The notes below the pieces were generated by a model. It made no database searches. It was given only the letters and a program-made list of their open reading frames with translations, and was not told the origin of the DNA. From Lentisphaerae bacterium GWF2_44_16 (GTDB taxonomy: Bacteria; Verrucomicrobiota; Lentisphaeria; Victivallales; GWF2-45-14), in assembly GCA_001803225.1 (NCBI GenBank), contig MHBF01000019.1, positions 25,622 through 89,621 of the forward strand: 64,000 nt of DNA, given 5' to 3'. This document shows, one piece after another, positions 34,530 through 44,500 of this stretch (positions are counted from its first letter, which is position 1; each line of letters starts with the position of its first letter). Position numbers and translations under genes: made by a program.

Positions 34530-36989
34530 TCAGTTCCTTCTTCCAGCCCTGAAGTTTCTAAAGGCTGAAATAAAAACAAGAGCCAGTATCAATATCCATC
34601 CCGCAACAGAAATATAGATTCCGATAATCAGCGGCCAGGGCCTGTAATGAAGTTCAATCCTGTGAGCCCCGGGACTTATCCGCAATGCTTTCATTATGTA
34701 ATTGGCACGAAGGATTTTTTCTTCTTTCCCATCTATTTCTGCCTTCCATGCACTGTCATAGCCGTCACTTATTACCAGAAAACCGTCAGCGCCGGCGTTC
34801 GCCGAAAATACGATATGGCCCGGCATATATGATTGCACTACTATATCACATCCAAGATCAGGATAAGAGGTTTTTCCAGGCGGCAGAGGCATATCTTCAA
34901 GAATTACCCGGCGCCTGAAATCTTCCGCCGAAAAATTCCGCAAATGTTTTAACGTATCATTTTTTGACGCGCAGAAAAGATATTCCGGGACAAAAAATAT
35001 TCTGTCGAACGCGCCCTTGTTCTCAAAAATCCTCATTTCACCGTCATAGACCAGCTTGAATTTGTCATCTCCAATGTCTGCCGCTTTGGGGAGAAGGACG
35101 TATTTCATGTTTATAATATCAAGAAGCGGCGATTTCCAATTTTTAAAAATGATATAATAGTTGTATTTTCCAGGAAGGGTGGTACCCGGCGTCATCTGTG
35201 AAATGAAAATATAATCCGCATAACGACGTGAAAAAACCGAAGAGTAACCTCCGATATCTTCAATATTAAATGGCAAAAGCGCATTGTCCATGACAATACC
35301 GTTAAAGGTCATGCAGCGAAAGAGAGCTTTATCGCGTTTAAGAAATTCTATCGCCGGAGTTGAAGGGTATTCCATTTCCCGTGGAATAAGGGAGTTGAAA
35401 TTCATAGAAAAACTCATCAGATCGTATATGAGCGGGATGGAAATCAGGAAAAGGAAGAACTGTCTGGTTTTTGAATTTTTCATGAATAAAACAATCAACA
35501 ACAGAAAAAAAGATATTATGACAAGAACCAAAGGGTGAAATATTGAATATGAAGACAGGGATAAATATGCCTTTGCTTTTTCGAACGGTTCCGCATTGTA
35601 CCTGCAACTGAGCACGAAATTCACCACGCATCGGAACTGCGCCGATACCGCGAGCGCGACTGCCACCGCTAAAATAAAAAACCATACCCCCGCAAGCATT
35701 TTTCTGCTGATGTTTTCCCGTCTGTCAAGAACATCCATACCGAGAGCGGCAAGCATTGAAACACAGAACCCGAATATATAAAGACACCTGGTCGGATTAG
35801 CAAAATCCAGGCCGGGCAGGAAGCGCCATAACGGATAATACAGCGGAGATCCCATTGCCATAAGCAGAATAACCAATGCACAAATCCCGTAAAACGTAAC
35901 ATGCCTTCTTCTCCTCGCGTAAATAATCGCCGCCGCCGCCAGAAAAACCGAAAGAACCCCACTGTATATGCATAATTCACTGTAATTATTATACGGGTTT
36001 TTATCTTTTTCCGCTGGTGTCAGAATAAATTTAAACGCGGGATTTCCAAAAAAGTCAGGGTAAAGCATGGTTATGAGGTATTCAGGATAGACTTTTGCGT
36101 ATCTGTCAGAAAGTTCTTCATAACGAATTTCGCCTCTCTGATTTTCTCTGTAATGCTCCAGATGCAATACGAAAAAATTAAGTGAAAGCAGAAAAGCCGT
36201 CAGAAGAGCCAGCCCGAATAGAAGGGCCGTTCTAAAAAAAGATTTAACCTTCTGAAGAGTAATACCCGGCATTTCACCGACAAAAGCCCTGTAAAGAAAG
36301 TAAACCCCAGTAAAAATAAGTTGAAAATACAAGCTGTTGGCGTAGGAGGCCCCGACAGTCAGCGCTATTGAAATTACAATGCCAAGCCATGAAAGCAGAG
36401 TTTTTCTAACCAGCCATCGTTCAATAAACAGCAGCGACGCGGCAAGCAATCCGGACATTACCGGCAGATACTCGACTTCAAACCATGTCATCGCATAGCC
36501 GTTGAACATCCACGCGACCGCCCCCAGCAAAGATGCCGGCCCTTTCAGACCTATCTGCCTCAGATAAAAATACGTAAAAGCCCCTGTCGCAATAAGATGA
36601 ATAAACAGCAGAATATCGTGTGCGTATGTGACTGGGAAAATATAGAAAAGCACGAAAAATACCGGCGATGTGTATGTATGCGTCCCGGCAAGGTTTCCGC
36701 AGAAAAGAAAATTGTTCCAGAAAGGCAGAATATTATGCTCATAACAGTATTTCATAAACTTATGGGATATATAGAAATCATTTATGGCGTCATTTATAAG
36801 CATGTTTAAAGGCGTATAGCCTGGAACAAGGTTTTTCCAAGGCAGAGAATACAGGAGATTGTCAAAAGGATAAAATGTTTTTCCGCTGAAAAATACCGGG
36901 AAGAAAAACAAAAACGCGGAAACGCATATAACTGCCAGAGCAATCGCTCCGGATATCTGAATATTTTTTAATCTCATTAAAATCCTCAC
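34530..36989 (-). CDS. YfhO-family polytopic membrane protein (GT-C-like glycosyltransferase)
   Basis: 819 aa. Many TM segments with a large C-terminal extracytoplasmic domain and a final TM segment. The N-terminus (FFSGKTFYPFDNLLYSLPW...) is typical of YfhO. Convergent with 32812-34524, with only 5 nt between the stops. Confidence 0.65.
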   Translation of the reverse strand: MRILMRLKNIQISGAIALAVICVSAFLFFFPVFFSGKTFYPFDNLLYSLPWKNLVPGYTPLNMLINDAINDFYISHKFMKYCYEHNILPFWNNFLFCGNLAGTHTYTSPVFFVLFYIFPVTYAHDILLFIHLIATGAFTYFYLRQIGLKGPASLLGAVAWMFNGYAMTWFEVEYLPVMSGLLAASLLFIERWLVRKTLLSWLGIVISIALTVGASYANSLYFQLIFTGVYFLYRAFVGEMPGITLQKVKSFFRTALLFGLALLTAFLLSLNFFVLHLEHYRENQRGEIRYEELSDRYAKVYPEYLITMLYPDFFGNPAFKFILTPAEKDKNPYNNYSELCIYSGVLSVFLAAAAIIYARRRRHVTFYGICALVILLMAMGSPLYYPLWRFLPGLDFANPTRCLYIFGFCVSMLAALGMDVLDRRENISRKMLAGVWFFILAVAVALAVSAQFRCVVNFVLSCRYNAEPFEKAKAYLSLSSYSIFHPLVLVIISFFLLLIVLFMKNSKTRQFFLFLISIPLIYDLMSFSMNFNSLIPREMEYPSTPAIEFLKRDKALFRCMTFNGIVMDNALLPFNIEDIGGYSSVFSRRYADYIFISQMTPGTTLPGKYNYYIIFKNWKSPLLDIINMKYVLLPKAADIGDDKFKLVYDGEMRIFENKGAFDRIFFVPEYLFCASKNDTLKHLRNFSAEDFRRRVILEDMPLPPGKTSYPDLGCDIVVQSYMPGHIVFSANAGADGFLVISDGYDSAWKAEIDGKEEKILRANYIMKALRISPGAHRIELHYRPWPLIIGIYISVAGWILILALVFISAFRNFRAGRRN

Positions 36990-37210
36990 TGGCAGGAAAG
37001 ATCATACTGTTTTCTACATATATCATCCATATAAAGCTATTTCAACAGATTCCATAATACCGGTAAGAGCAAAGGAGGCGATTTTCGGTATTTTATTACT
37101 GTAAAAATCTTTTTCTGAAAAATTGAATGTATCTGAAATAAAGAATATATTCATATCGTCCGTTTTTGTTTTTACCTTTTAATATTAAAGATACGGAAAA
37201 ACTATTGATT

Positions 37211-39043
37211 ATGAGCGATAAACTTAAAGAAAAATTATGTAACCAGATCGTCATCTTCGACGGGGCCATGGGAACGGAAATATATAAACGGAATTTTTTC
37301 GTAAACATTTCGTTTGAAAGTCTCTGTGTCAGTTCTCCAAAGATAATCTCGGAAATTCATAAAAGCTATTATGACGCCGGGGCTGAAGTATTGACGACAA
37401 ACTCCTATAATGCCAATTTCAATAAACTTTCATATTACGGGCTCAGCGACAAAGTCAAAGAAATAAATACAGCCGCCGTAAAACTCGCAAAAGAAAGCGG
37501 CGGAACTGACACGCTTATTGCCGGCTCCGTCGGCCCTATAGGGGATATAAGCTACAACAGCGGCATAACTGATGAAAGAATCGTTGAAATACTTACTGAA
37601 CACATTCAGGCCCTTCAGGATGCCGGAGCTGATTTCATCATCTTTGAAACTACCTCCTCGCTTATTGATACGGAATATGCGTTCCGCGCTATAAATAACG
37701 GCCCTTCCCTGCCTTATGTAATCAGTTTCTCACTGGACAGAAACTGCGAAACGGCAAAAGGCGAACCTGTTGCCAAGCTTCTTCAGGTGCTGAACGGCAA
37801 TGGAAGAAAACCCACTGCTTTGGGATTAAATTGCGGAGAAGGCGCAGAGGGAATGCTTGCGTCCCTTGAAAAGTTCATCCCCCTCGTGGATTACCCCGTA
37901 ATAGCACAGCCCAACGCTGGAATACCGAAAAATGTCGATAACCGCATGCTTTACATGACCAACCCTGAATATCTCACGACTTACGCCAAGCGTTATGTTG
38001 ACTTGGGAGCGCGCGCGGTTGGCGGATGCTGCGGAACCGGCCCCGACCACATAAAAGATATCGCCAGAAGCATAAAACCCCTCGGCAAATCAGAGTTTTC
38101 TTCAAAGTTGAGAATAATTGAACATGATGTGCCGCTAAAAGAGCCGATGCCGACTGCTTCAAAATCAAAGTTCGGCAAAAAGCTGGCCTCCGGCGAGTGG
38201 ATAACTTCCGTCGAAATCCTCCCTCCCCACGGCTACATGCTCAAACAAACCATAGAAAAAGCCATACTATGTAAAAACGCCGGGGTTGACGCGATAAACA
38301 TTCCCGACGGCCCCAGGGCCAGTTCAAGAATTTCTCCTCTGGTAACAGCGCTTCAGATACAGAGGGAAGCTGATATAGAAACCGTTCTGCACTTCTGCTG
38401 CCGCGACAAAAATCTCATAGGCATGCAGGCCGATATCCTCGGATGCAGCTGCCTCGGACTGAATAACGTTCTTTTCATAACGGGAGATCCTCCAAAGCTC
38501 GGAGATTATCCTTTCGCTTCAGCAGTATTCGATGTTGATTCCATAGGAATGGTTAAAATACAGGACCGCCTAAATAGGGGAGTTGACCTCGGAGGCAAGC
38601 CGATAGATCCGCCAACGGCAATACTTATCGGTGTAGGCGCAGACCCCAACGCCATCGACATGGAGCGCGAACTCCGCAGGACCAGGGAAAAAGTCGAGGC
38701 CGGAGCGGAATTTATAATCACCCAGCCTGTTTTCGCGGTCGAGCCGCTTCTGGCTTTCCTTGATAAAATATCATATCTCAAAACCCCGGTAATAGCGGGC
38801 ATCTTCCCACTGGCAAGCTTCAGAAATGCCGAGTTCATGAAAAATGAAGTCCCCGGCGTTGTCGTTCCCGATGAAATAATGAAACGCATGGCCGGTGCCG
38901 AAACAAAGGAAGCACAGAGGCAGGAAGGCATAAAAATAGCCCGCGAATCCATTGAAAAAATAAAGGACGGGATACAGGGCATACAGGTAAGCGCGCCGCT
39001 CGGAAATGTTTCCACGGCAATAGAAGTAATCAAATCAAAATAA
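37211..39043 (+). CDS. Bifunctional homocysteine S-methyltransferase domain / 5,10-methylenetetrahydrofolate reductase fusion
   Basis: Start taken at the ATG at 37211 (MSDKLKEKLCNQIVIFDGAMGTEIY). Hcy-binding domain motifs: TNSYNAN, GLNCG, GGCCGTGP. The MetF-like half carries VEILPP, CRDKN, ITGDPP and FIITQPVF. No convincing SD, so the start is less certain. Confidence 0.75.
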   Translation: MSDKLKEKLCNQIVIFDGAMGTEIYKRNFFVNISFESLCVSSPKIISEIHKSYYDAGAEVLTTNSYNANFNKLSYYGLSDKVKEINTAAVKLAKESGGTDTLIAGSVGPIGDISYNSGITDERIVEILTEHIQALQDAGADFIIFETTSSLIDTEYAFRAINNGPSLPYVISFSLDRNCETAKGEPVAKLLQVLNGNGRKPTALGLNCGEGAEGMLASLEKFIPLVDYPVIAQPNAGIPKNVDNRMLYMTNPEYLTTYAKRYVDLGARAVGGCCGTGPDHIKDIARSIKPLGKSEFSSKLRIIEHDVPLKEPMPTASKSKFGKKLASGEWITSVEILPPHGYMLKQTIEKAILCKNAGVDAINIPDGPRASSRISPLVTALQIQREADIETVLHFCCRDKNLIGMQADILGCSCLGLNNVLFITGDPPKLGDYPFASAVFDVDSIGMVKIQDRLNRGVDLGGKPIDPPTAILIGVGADPNAIDMERELRRTREKVEAGAEFIITQPVFAVEPLLAFLDKISYLKTPVIAGIFPLASFRNAEFMKNEVPGVVVPDEIMKRMAGAETKEAQRQEGIKIARESIEKIKDGIQGIQVSAPLGNVSTAIEVIKSK

Positions 39044-39059
39044 ATTCCGGAGTGATGAC

Positions 39060-39635
39060 ATGGAACTCAACAACGCGATCTTTCAGAGAAGGACCATAAG
39101 ACGCTTCAAGCAGATAAAAATCGAGGACAGCGTTATTGGAGAGCTTATAGACGCGGCAAGGGTCGCTCCATGCGGCGGGAATTCTCAGCAGTTGGGTTAC
39201 ATTGTAATAAGAACCCCTGAAAAAGCCGGCAGAATATTTGAAATCACCGCATGGGGAGGCCACGTAAAACCCCATAGAAATCCTGTGCCGGAAAAAAGCG
39301 CTCCCACCGCCTTCATAGCAGTAATAGCCGGAAAAACAGATTCAAAAGTCGTTCACGCGGATGCCGGGGCCGCCATTCAGAATGTCCTGCTGAAAGCCGT
39401 CGAATTAGGACTGGGCGCCTGCTGGATCGGCTCTTTTCACAAGGAAAAAGCTTCGGAAATACTACAACTGGATGAAAGCATTTCCGTTCTCTACCTCGTA
39501 GCGCTGGGATATCCTGACGAAAAACCTGTCATGGAAAATATAAATCAGGGCGATTCAACAAAATATTATCTCGATAAGGACGATGTCATTCATGTCCCCA
39601 AATACTCAATTGACGCAATAACACAATGGTACTGA
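39060..39635 (+). CDS. Nitroreductase-family protein
   Basis: 191 aa. IFQRRTIRRFKQ, AARVAPCGGNSQQ and GLGACWIG are present. Confidence 0.8.
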   Translation: MELNNAIFQRRTIRRFKQIKIEDSVIGELIDAARVAPCGGNSQQLGYIVIRTPEKAGRIFEITAWGGHVKPHRNPVPEKSAPTAFIAVIAGKTDSKVVHADAGAAIQNVLLKAVELGLGACWIGSFHKEKASEILQLDESISVLYLVALGYPDEKPVMENINQGDSTKYYLDKDDVIHVPKYSIDAITQWY

Positions 39636-39655
39636 ATTCATGGAATTTATGATAT

Positions 39656-40510
39656 ATGAATGAGCGCAAGGGAGAAATTTTAAAGAAGATAAAAACTGTC
39701 ACTTCCGTCCCGGCCTCCGCTTTGCGCGCTATAAAACTTCTGAACGACCCAAATGTAAATATGGGAGAAGTGGTACAGGTTATAGCATATGACCCCGGCC
39801 TTACTTCAAATATCCTGAAGCTGGCAAATTCAAGTTATTTCGGGTGCGCCCGTTCCATAAGTTCCCTGAGGGACGCAGTCGTAAGACTCGGTTCCGCCAA
39901 TATCTTCAAGCTCGTTACCGCCTCCATCGCCAGCCTTGTCCTCAACAAAAACATAAAAGGTTATAATATGACTTCCGGCGAGTTATGGGAACATTCCATA
40001 GCTGTTGCCGTCGCGGCTGAAACATCTTCATATGTCCTGAAGCTTCAGGATGCCTCCAAAACGGCTTTTACATCAGGGCTGCTCCATGACATAGGCAAGG
40101 TAATCCTGGGGGATTTCTTTGACCCTCAGGTGGAACAGGAAATATCAGTATCTCTTTCTAAAAATAAAAGTTTTTACGAAGCCGAAAAAGAAGCTTTCGG
40201 TATTAACCACGCTGAACTGGGCGCCCGGCTCCTTAACTCATGGAGCATACCTGACAACCTGTCCAATGCCGTGAGATGGCATCACGCCCCTGAGTTCTGC
40301 CGCGATTCCCAATGCTCCACTATAGTCCATTTCTGCGACTATATCTGCATTAAAAACAAGATAGGCTCACAAACAGAACCGTTAAATATGCGCCTTTCAG
40401 AGCAAGCTGTAGCCGTATTAAAAATTTCGGATAAGGACAATGATGAAATTATAATGCGCACCCGGGATTCTTTCGAGAACATCAAGGATATCTTCTCCAA
40501 ACCCAAATAG
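39656..40510 (+). CDS. HDOD domain-containing signalling protein
   Basis: 284 aa. VPASALRAIKLLNDPNVNMGEVVQVIAYDPGLTSNILKLANSSYFG, LRDAVVRLG and GLLHDIGKVIL are present. Confidence 0.8.
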   Translation: MNERKGEILKKIKTVTSVPASALRAIKLLNDPNVNMGEVVQVIAYDPGLTSNILKLANSSYFGCARSISSLRDAVVRLGSANIFKLVTASIASLVLNKNIKGYNMTSGELWEHSIAVAVAAETSSYVLKLQDASKTAFTSGLLHDIGKVILGDFFDPQVEQEISVSLSKNKSFYEAEKEAFGINHAELGARLLNSWSIPDNLSNAVRWHHAPEFCRDSQCSTIVHFCDYICIKNKIGSQTEPLNMRLSEQAVAVLKISDKDNDEIIMRTRDSFENIKDIFSKPK

Positions 40511-40520
40511 ATCTGAAACG

Positions 40521-43500
40521 TCAGTTCCCGCCTTTATCATCGGTGTAAAAAACAAGACCATCCACCGGTTTGTATTTTTCCTCACCTGGAACTTTGACTG
40601 TTACTTCAAGTTTTTCCTCCGGCGTGTCCGTCCATATATCGACACGGATCGAATGGAGGCCCGGTTTCAATATCATTTCTTCAACAACGCGCGGCGCTCT
40701 TCCGTAAGTCCTCGGAATAAATTTCGGAGGATTTTCATCAATATGGACCACGCATGAAGAACGCCCGCTTATGTGGAAAGGATATTTCCCTTCCTTTTCG
40801 GCTTTAAAATAACCTTTGAACATAAAACTCGCGTGTTCGCTCCAATCAAGGGCCGGGACTTTCATATTGCCCAGTACCTCAGTCGCCGTCGGGGTCATGA
40901 GCAGCAGGTTCGGAAGATGCATCGGCCATACCCCTTTGTAAAAATTGAAAACCACTCCCGGTTTAAGGTTTTCAGGAACTTTGGAAAGAGGCTCGAAAAC
41001 AGTCAACCTTGTTTCAGCTTTCTTCTTTTTTGTCTCAACTGACATCATGGGTTTCAGGAAAGAATTTAAATCAAGGGCGAGAATGGATGCGTCGGAGACA
41101 ATTCCCGACTGTGACGTGCCGAGAAGAATATACGCCAGCTTGTCGGAAACGGCAAAACCTCGCAGAAATTTGCAGTCCTTTGAGAGGAATTTCGGATCAA
41201 CGGTAAATTTCAGGCCGCTCAGTTTTCCATCCCCCATGCCGAGAGCTTTGATTTCAAAGAAATTTTCGTCCAGCTGGGTTATTCTGAACAATTTTTCCCC
41301 GTTGTCAGTCGTAATAACAAAAAGGCGGTAGTTATTGTAGGCCGGATCCTGTTCCTCATTATTCGTAAAATCACCCAAAGGAGCGGAATTTACTTTTTTC
41401 AGAGAACCGTTTTTCATGTCGAAAACAAAATATCCCTCACGGAACTGAAACTGAATATTGCCACTGAAACCAAAATCGGAAGAAATGCCGTTCGTATCTC
41501 TCCTGCAACAGCATTTCCATTTTTTCTTTGCGATATTCATCTCATAGAGACCGGAATAATATGCTCTGGTGTTCCCCGAATTATACGTCCTGCTGTCTCT
41601 GGTGATTACACGTGAGGCAAGTATTCCGTTATCGGAACATGTCAGTGACACGGCATACCAAGGAGGACAATTGTCCAGAGGGGAAAGAGGCGGGTTACGC
41701 CTGCTGGAGGCAAGCAGTTCCATGTCACCGTTTTTTATATCAATCCGCACAATTGCAGCCGGAATTGTATTTGCGCCGGCATCATCCCGTGTGCGCACTT
41801 TTCCATTTGAAACGTAAAGTTTGTCATTAAAGAGATGTCCGTATGAGAGATAGAGGCTTCCCCGTGAAAAAGCCATCGCGGTTACTTTTTGGAAACCGCT
41901 GTCTTTCAGTTCTCTCCATTCACCATTCTTTCCCATAACACTGACTTTGCCGTCATGAGAGGAATAATAGATATCGTCTCCGGCTTTGAGCATTATCCCC
42001 GCGCGTATTGTCTGAAACGGAAAATAACCGGAAGCGGCTATGTCGGGCACTTGAAATCCTACTGAAGCGGGAGCTTCGACAAAATATGGTTTGGGACCGT
42101 CTTCAAGATAATAGATTAGATATGCCTTCCCGCTTCTCAAATTTTTATTGCCTCTGCTGAATGAACCTGAAATTTGCAGACAGCCGCTACTGAAGCCCAT
42201 ATCTTCCGTTTGAAAATACGGCGCCGAGCCTTGCGGACAAAGGGCCGCCAGAGAAGAAGACATCACCGGCGATAAAACCGGGAACTCGGAATGACTGTTC
42301 TTTTCCGGACGGTAATCGGAAAGCTTCGCTATCCTTTCTCTTATGATTTCATTGTACGAGACGGTCTGAACAGTATCAAGCACCGTTCCCATATACCTGT
42401 AATAGTTATACCATGCCTCGGCAATTTTACGGTTGAGGGCCTCGTCTTTTCCCATCATGGCGTTCTGACGGAAAAAACAGCCCAACAGAATATTCACCTT
42501 TTCTCCGACGATAATATGACTCCGCGAAAACGCGTAGAGAAGCAGTTTAGCGATTATATCCCTGGAATAATTATCTGAAAAAAGCAGCGCTTCCGGACAA
42601 TCCCCCATTCTTCCGGAACCGTCTATAAGCTGGTCCCTGTATTTCCAGAGAGCATTCGATATGTCTTCGGAAGAGGCTTTTTTCCCGGCAAGCAGCAGCG
42701 CGTCTATCTTGCCTCTCGAAGTTCCGGAGACCTCCATCTGCTTCGCGAGTCTATCCAATAAAACATTGGAAGCCGCGGATCTTGAACCCCTCTGAACCTG
42801 TCGCTCATTGAGCATTTTTTTCCTGTTCATGACCATCAGGATATTGTAATGCATTTCCGGCTGGAGCGGGAATTCCCTTGAAAGAATTCTCCTGTATTCC
42901 GCGAGGCGTTCTTCCGGTTTCTCGAAAAGGAGGTCTATCAGTGAATTCAGATAGGTAAAATAACATTTGATTATAGTCGATGAATTATCTCCTTTGTCCA
43001 TTGTCAAAGCCGCGGCTTTGCGCGAGAGAAGACAAACTAAGCTGACTTTTTCCCGTAACTTTGTTTTCTGTCCATCAGCGGCCAACGGTAATGAACTTTT
43101 AAGGAGTACTGCGGACGCGCGGAGCAGGTCATTTCCCAATGAACGCCAGTCCCGTTCGCCATAGAAATGCCCCGGCAGGGATTGAGGGCCAGCCTCTACA
43201 AATTTTATATAAATATCCAACGCCATCGATAACTTATCCAAATTCTCCATCAAAACAATTTCCGAGCTTTCAACTTCAAGCGATTTGATCGCTTTCTTAT
43301 TTTTTGTTCTGCCGCGCTTCTCCTGCTTTTCTTCCTCCCCTGTATAACCAAGTTCTCCGAGATAGGATTTTATCCTGAGAAAATCAATGACAGGCCCGGT
43401 TTTTCCGAGAGCGTTTGCCGCGTCCGAGGCTTCGCGGGCGCGTTCAAAGGAACCTGCGCGGAGAAGCCATTGCGCCTCGCTGAAATAGAATTCGGCTTCC

Positions 43501-44390
43501 TTTTTCATATCCCATACGATTTTCGTATCGGCCATGGATTTTATGCCGAGCTTTTCGCTCAAAGGGGCAACCATGCTTTCAACAAGTCCTTTCAGGTCCA
43601 GAGTCGAACCGGAAAATTCCATCATTTCGGGTGACTTTTTTCCGGGCTTTCTCAGCCGGAGAGTAACTTTAACAGTACCTTTGCCGTCATGAAGGCTTTC
43701 CACACTGCCGTCAAGCATGCATGAACCCGTCCAGAAAGGATTATTATCAAGATTGAGTTCTTTTTCCCATGCGATGTTGCCCAGACGCCAACGCTCAAGC
43801 ACAACAAAACTTTTTTCATACATCAGACGTTGGGAAAGAAGAAGTGTAATTTTCCGTTCGAGTTCCTTTGACTCCGGCGAATCAACAGCGGCACGAATAT
43901 CAAGAATCGAAAGGGCGCTGATTTCATTACGGTCAAGTTTCAGTTTTGAAAAGAGAGGCTCGAATTCGAATTTCACGGCGTCCGCGAAATGGAACGCCTC
44001 TTTTGAAGGAGTATCCTGCGTCCAGACCCCGAGTATCGCCCCGGAGTCAGTCGCTACCAGACGCGCGCTCAGAATGTCCTTTCCTTCCCACTGAAAGGAT
44101 TTTATGACTATGACTGCCTGTGCTCCCAGCATAGTTCCTATCTTGACGGCGGCGGCTTCGTCGGAGAAGAGCGAAAATTTCTGTTCGGCAATGATTTTAT
44201 CAATCTCAGAACGTTCAACCATAACTATGCCGGGCCCTTTGGAAAGTCGCTCGACAAGGCAGTCTATTTCCGCGCGGTTTCTTTCTATATCGCCAAGTAT
44301 GGCAACGCGTGTCTGAGCGCTAATACTTAGAGAAGACAGAAACAGACATAGCAGAACAGCCGTAAACTTCGAAAAAAAAATTGAGAACAT
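40521..44390 (-). CDS. Large secreted multidomain protein: two CsgG/LpoB-like N-terminal modules, a helical repeat region, a beta-rich region, and a C-terminal PA14-like domain
   Basis: 1289 aa.
- Signal-like N-terminus: MFSIFFSKFTAVLLCLFLSSLSISAQ.
- First module: RVAILGDIERN...IVMVERSEIDKIIAEQKFSL...GAQAVIVIK...RLVATDSGAILG. A second similar module follows.
- C-terminus: PGVVFNFYKGVW...FMFKGYFKAEKEGKYPFHISGRSSCVVHIDE resembles PA14. Confidence 0.45.
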   Translation of the reverse strand: MFSIFFSKFTAVLLCLFLSSLSISAQTRVAILGDIERNRAEIDCLVERLSKGPGIVMVERSEIDKIIAEQKFSLFSDEAAAVKIGTMLGAQAVIVIKSFQWEGKDILSARLVATDSGAILGVWTQDTPSKEAFHFADAVKFEFEPLFSKLKLDRNEISALSILDIRAAVDSPESKELERKITLLLSQRLMYEKSFVVLERWRLGNIAWEKELNLDNNPFWTGSCMLDGSVESLHDGKGTVKVTLRLRKPGKKSPEMMEFSGSTLDLKGLVESMVAPLSEKLGIKSMADTKIVWDMKKEAEFYFSEAQWLLRAGSFERAREASDAANALGKTGPVIDFLRIKSYLGELGYTGEEEKQEKRGRTKNKKAIKSLEVESSEIVLMENLDKLSMALDIYIKFVEAGPQSLPGHFYGERDWRSLGNDLLRASAVLLKSSLPLAADGQKTKLREKVSLVCLLSRKAAALTMDKGDNSSTIIKCYFTYLNSLIDLLFEKPEERLAEYRRILSREFPLQPEMHYNILMVMNRKKMLNERQVQRGSRSAASNVLLDRLAKQMEVSGTSRGKIDALLLAGKKASSEDISNALWKYRDQLIDGSGRMGDCPEALLFSDNYSRDIIAKLLLYAFSRSHIIVGEKVNILLGCFFRQNAMMGKDEALNRKIAEAWYNYYRYMGTVLDTVQTVSYNEIIRERIAKLSDYRPEKNSHSEFPVLSPVMSSSLAALCPQGSAPYFQTEDMGFSSGCLQISGSFSRGNKNLRSGKAYLIYYLEDGPKPYFVEAPASVGFQVPDIAASGYFPFQTIRAGIMLKAGDDIYYSSHDGKVSVMGKNGEWRELKDSGFQKVTAMAFSRGSLYLSYGHLFNDKLYVSNGKVRTRDDAGANTIPAAIVRIDIKNGDMELLASSRRNPPLSPLDNCPPWYAVSLTCSDNGILASRVITRDSRTYNSGNTRAYYSGLYEMNIAKKKWKCCCRRDTNGISSDFGFSGNIQFQFREGYFVFDMKNGSLKKVNSAPLGDFTNNEEQDPAYNNYRLFVITTDNGEKLFRITQLDENFFEIKALGMGDGKLSGLKFTVDPKFLSKDCKFLRGFAVSDKLAYILLGTSQSGIVSDASILALDLNSFLKPMMSVETKKKKAETRLTVFEPLSKVPENLKPGVVFNFYKGVWPMHLPNLLLMTPTATEVLGNMKVPALDWSEHASFMFKGYFKAEKEGKYPFHISGRSSCVVHIDENPPKFIPRTYGRAPRVVEEMILKPGLHSIRVDIWTDTPEEKLEVTVKVPGEEKYKPVDGLVFYTDDKGGN

Positions 44391-44500
44391 TATCGCGCAT
44401 CCGTTTTAAATTAGCAGGTAGAATACCTGCACTTCGTGAAAAAACTTTGTTTTTTTCCGTACTGCCGCTCATTTCATTGCGGCAGAAAAAAGAAAAACAA

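Noticed and set aside
36990-37210. Possible SAM, SAH or cobalamin riboswitch upstream of the Hcy-methyltransferase/MTHFR gene.
   Set aside because: I could not recognise any of the conserved cores, such as the SAM-I junction or the B12 box. Only a simple 7-bp hairpin and a promoter-like TTGAAT/TATATT pair are visible. An Rfam scan is needed for certainty.
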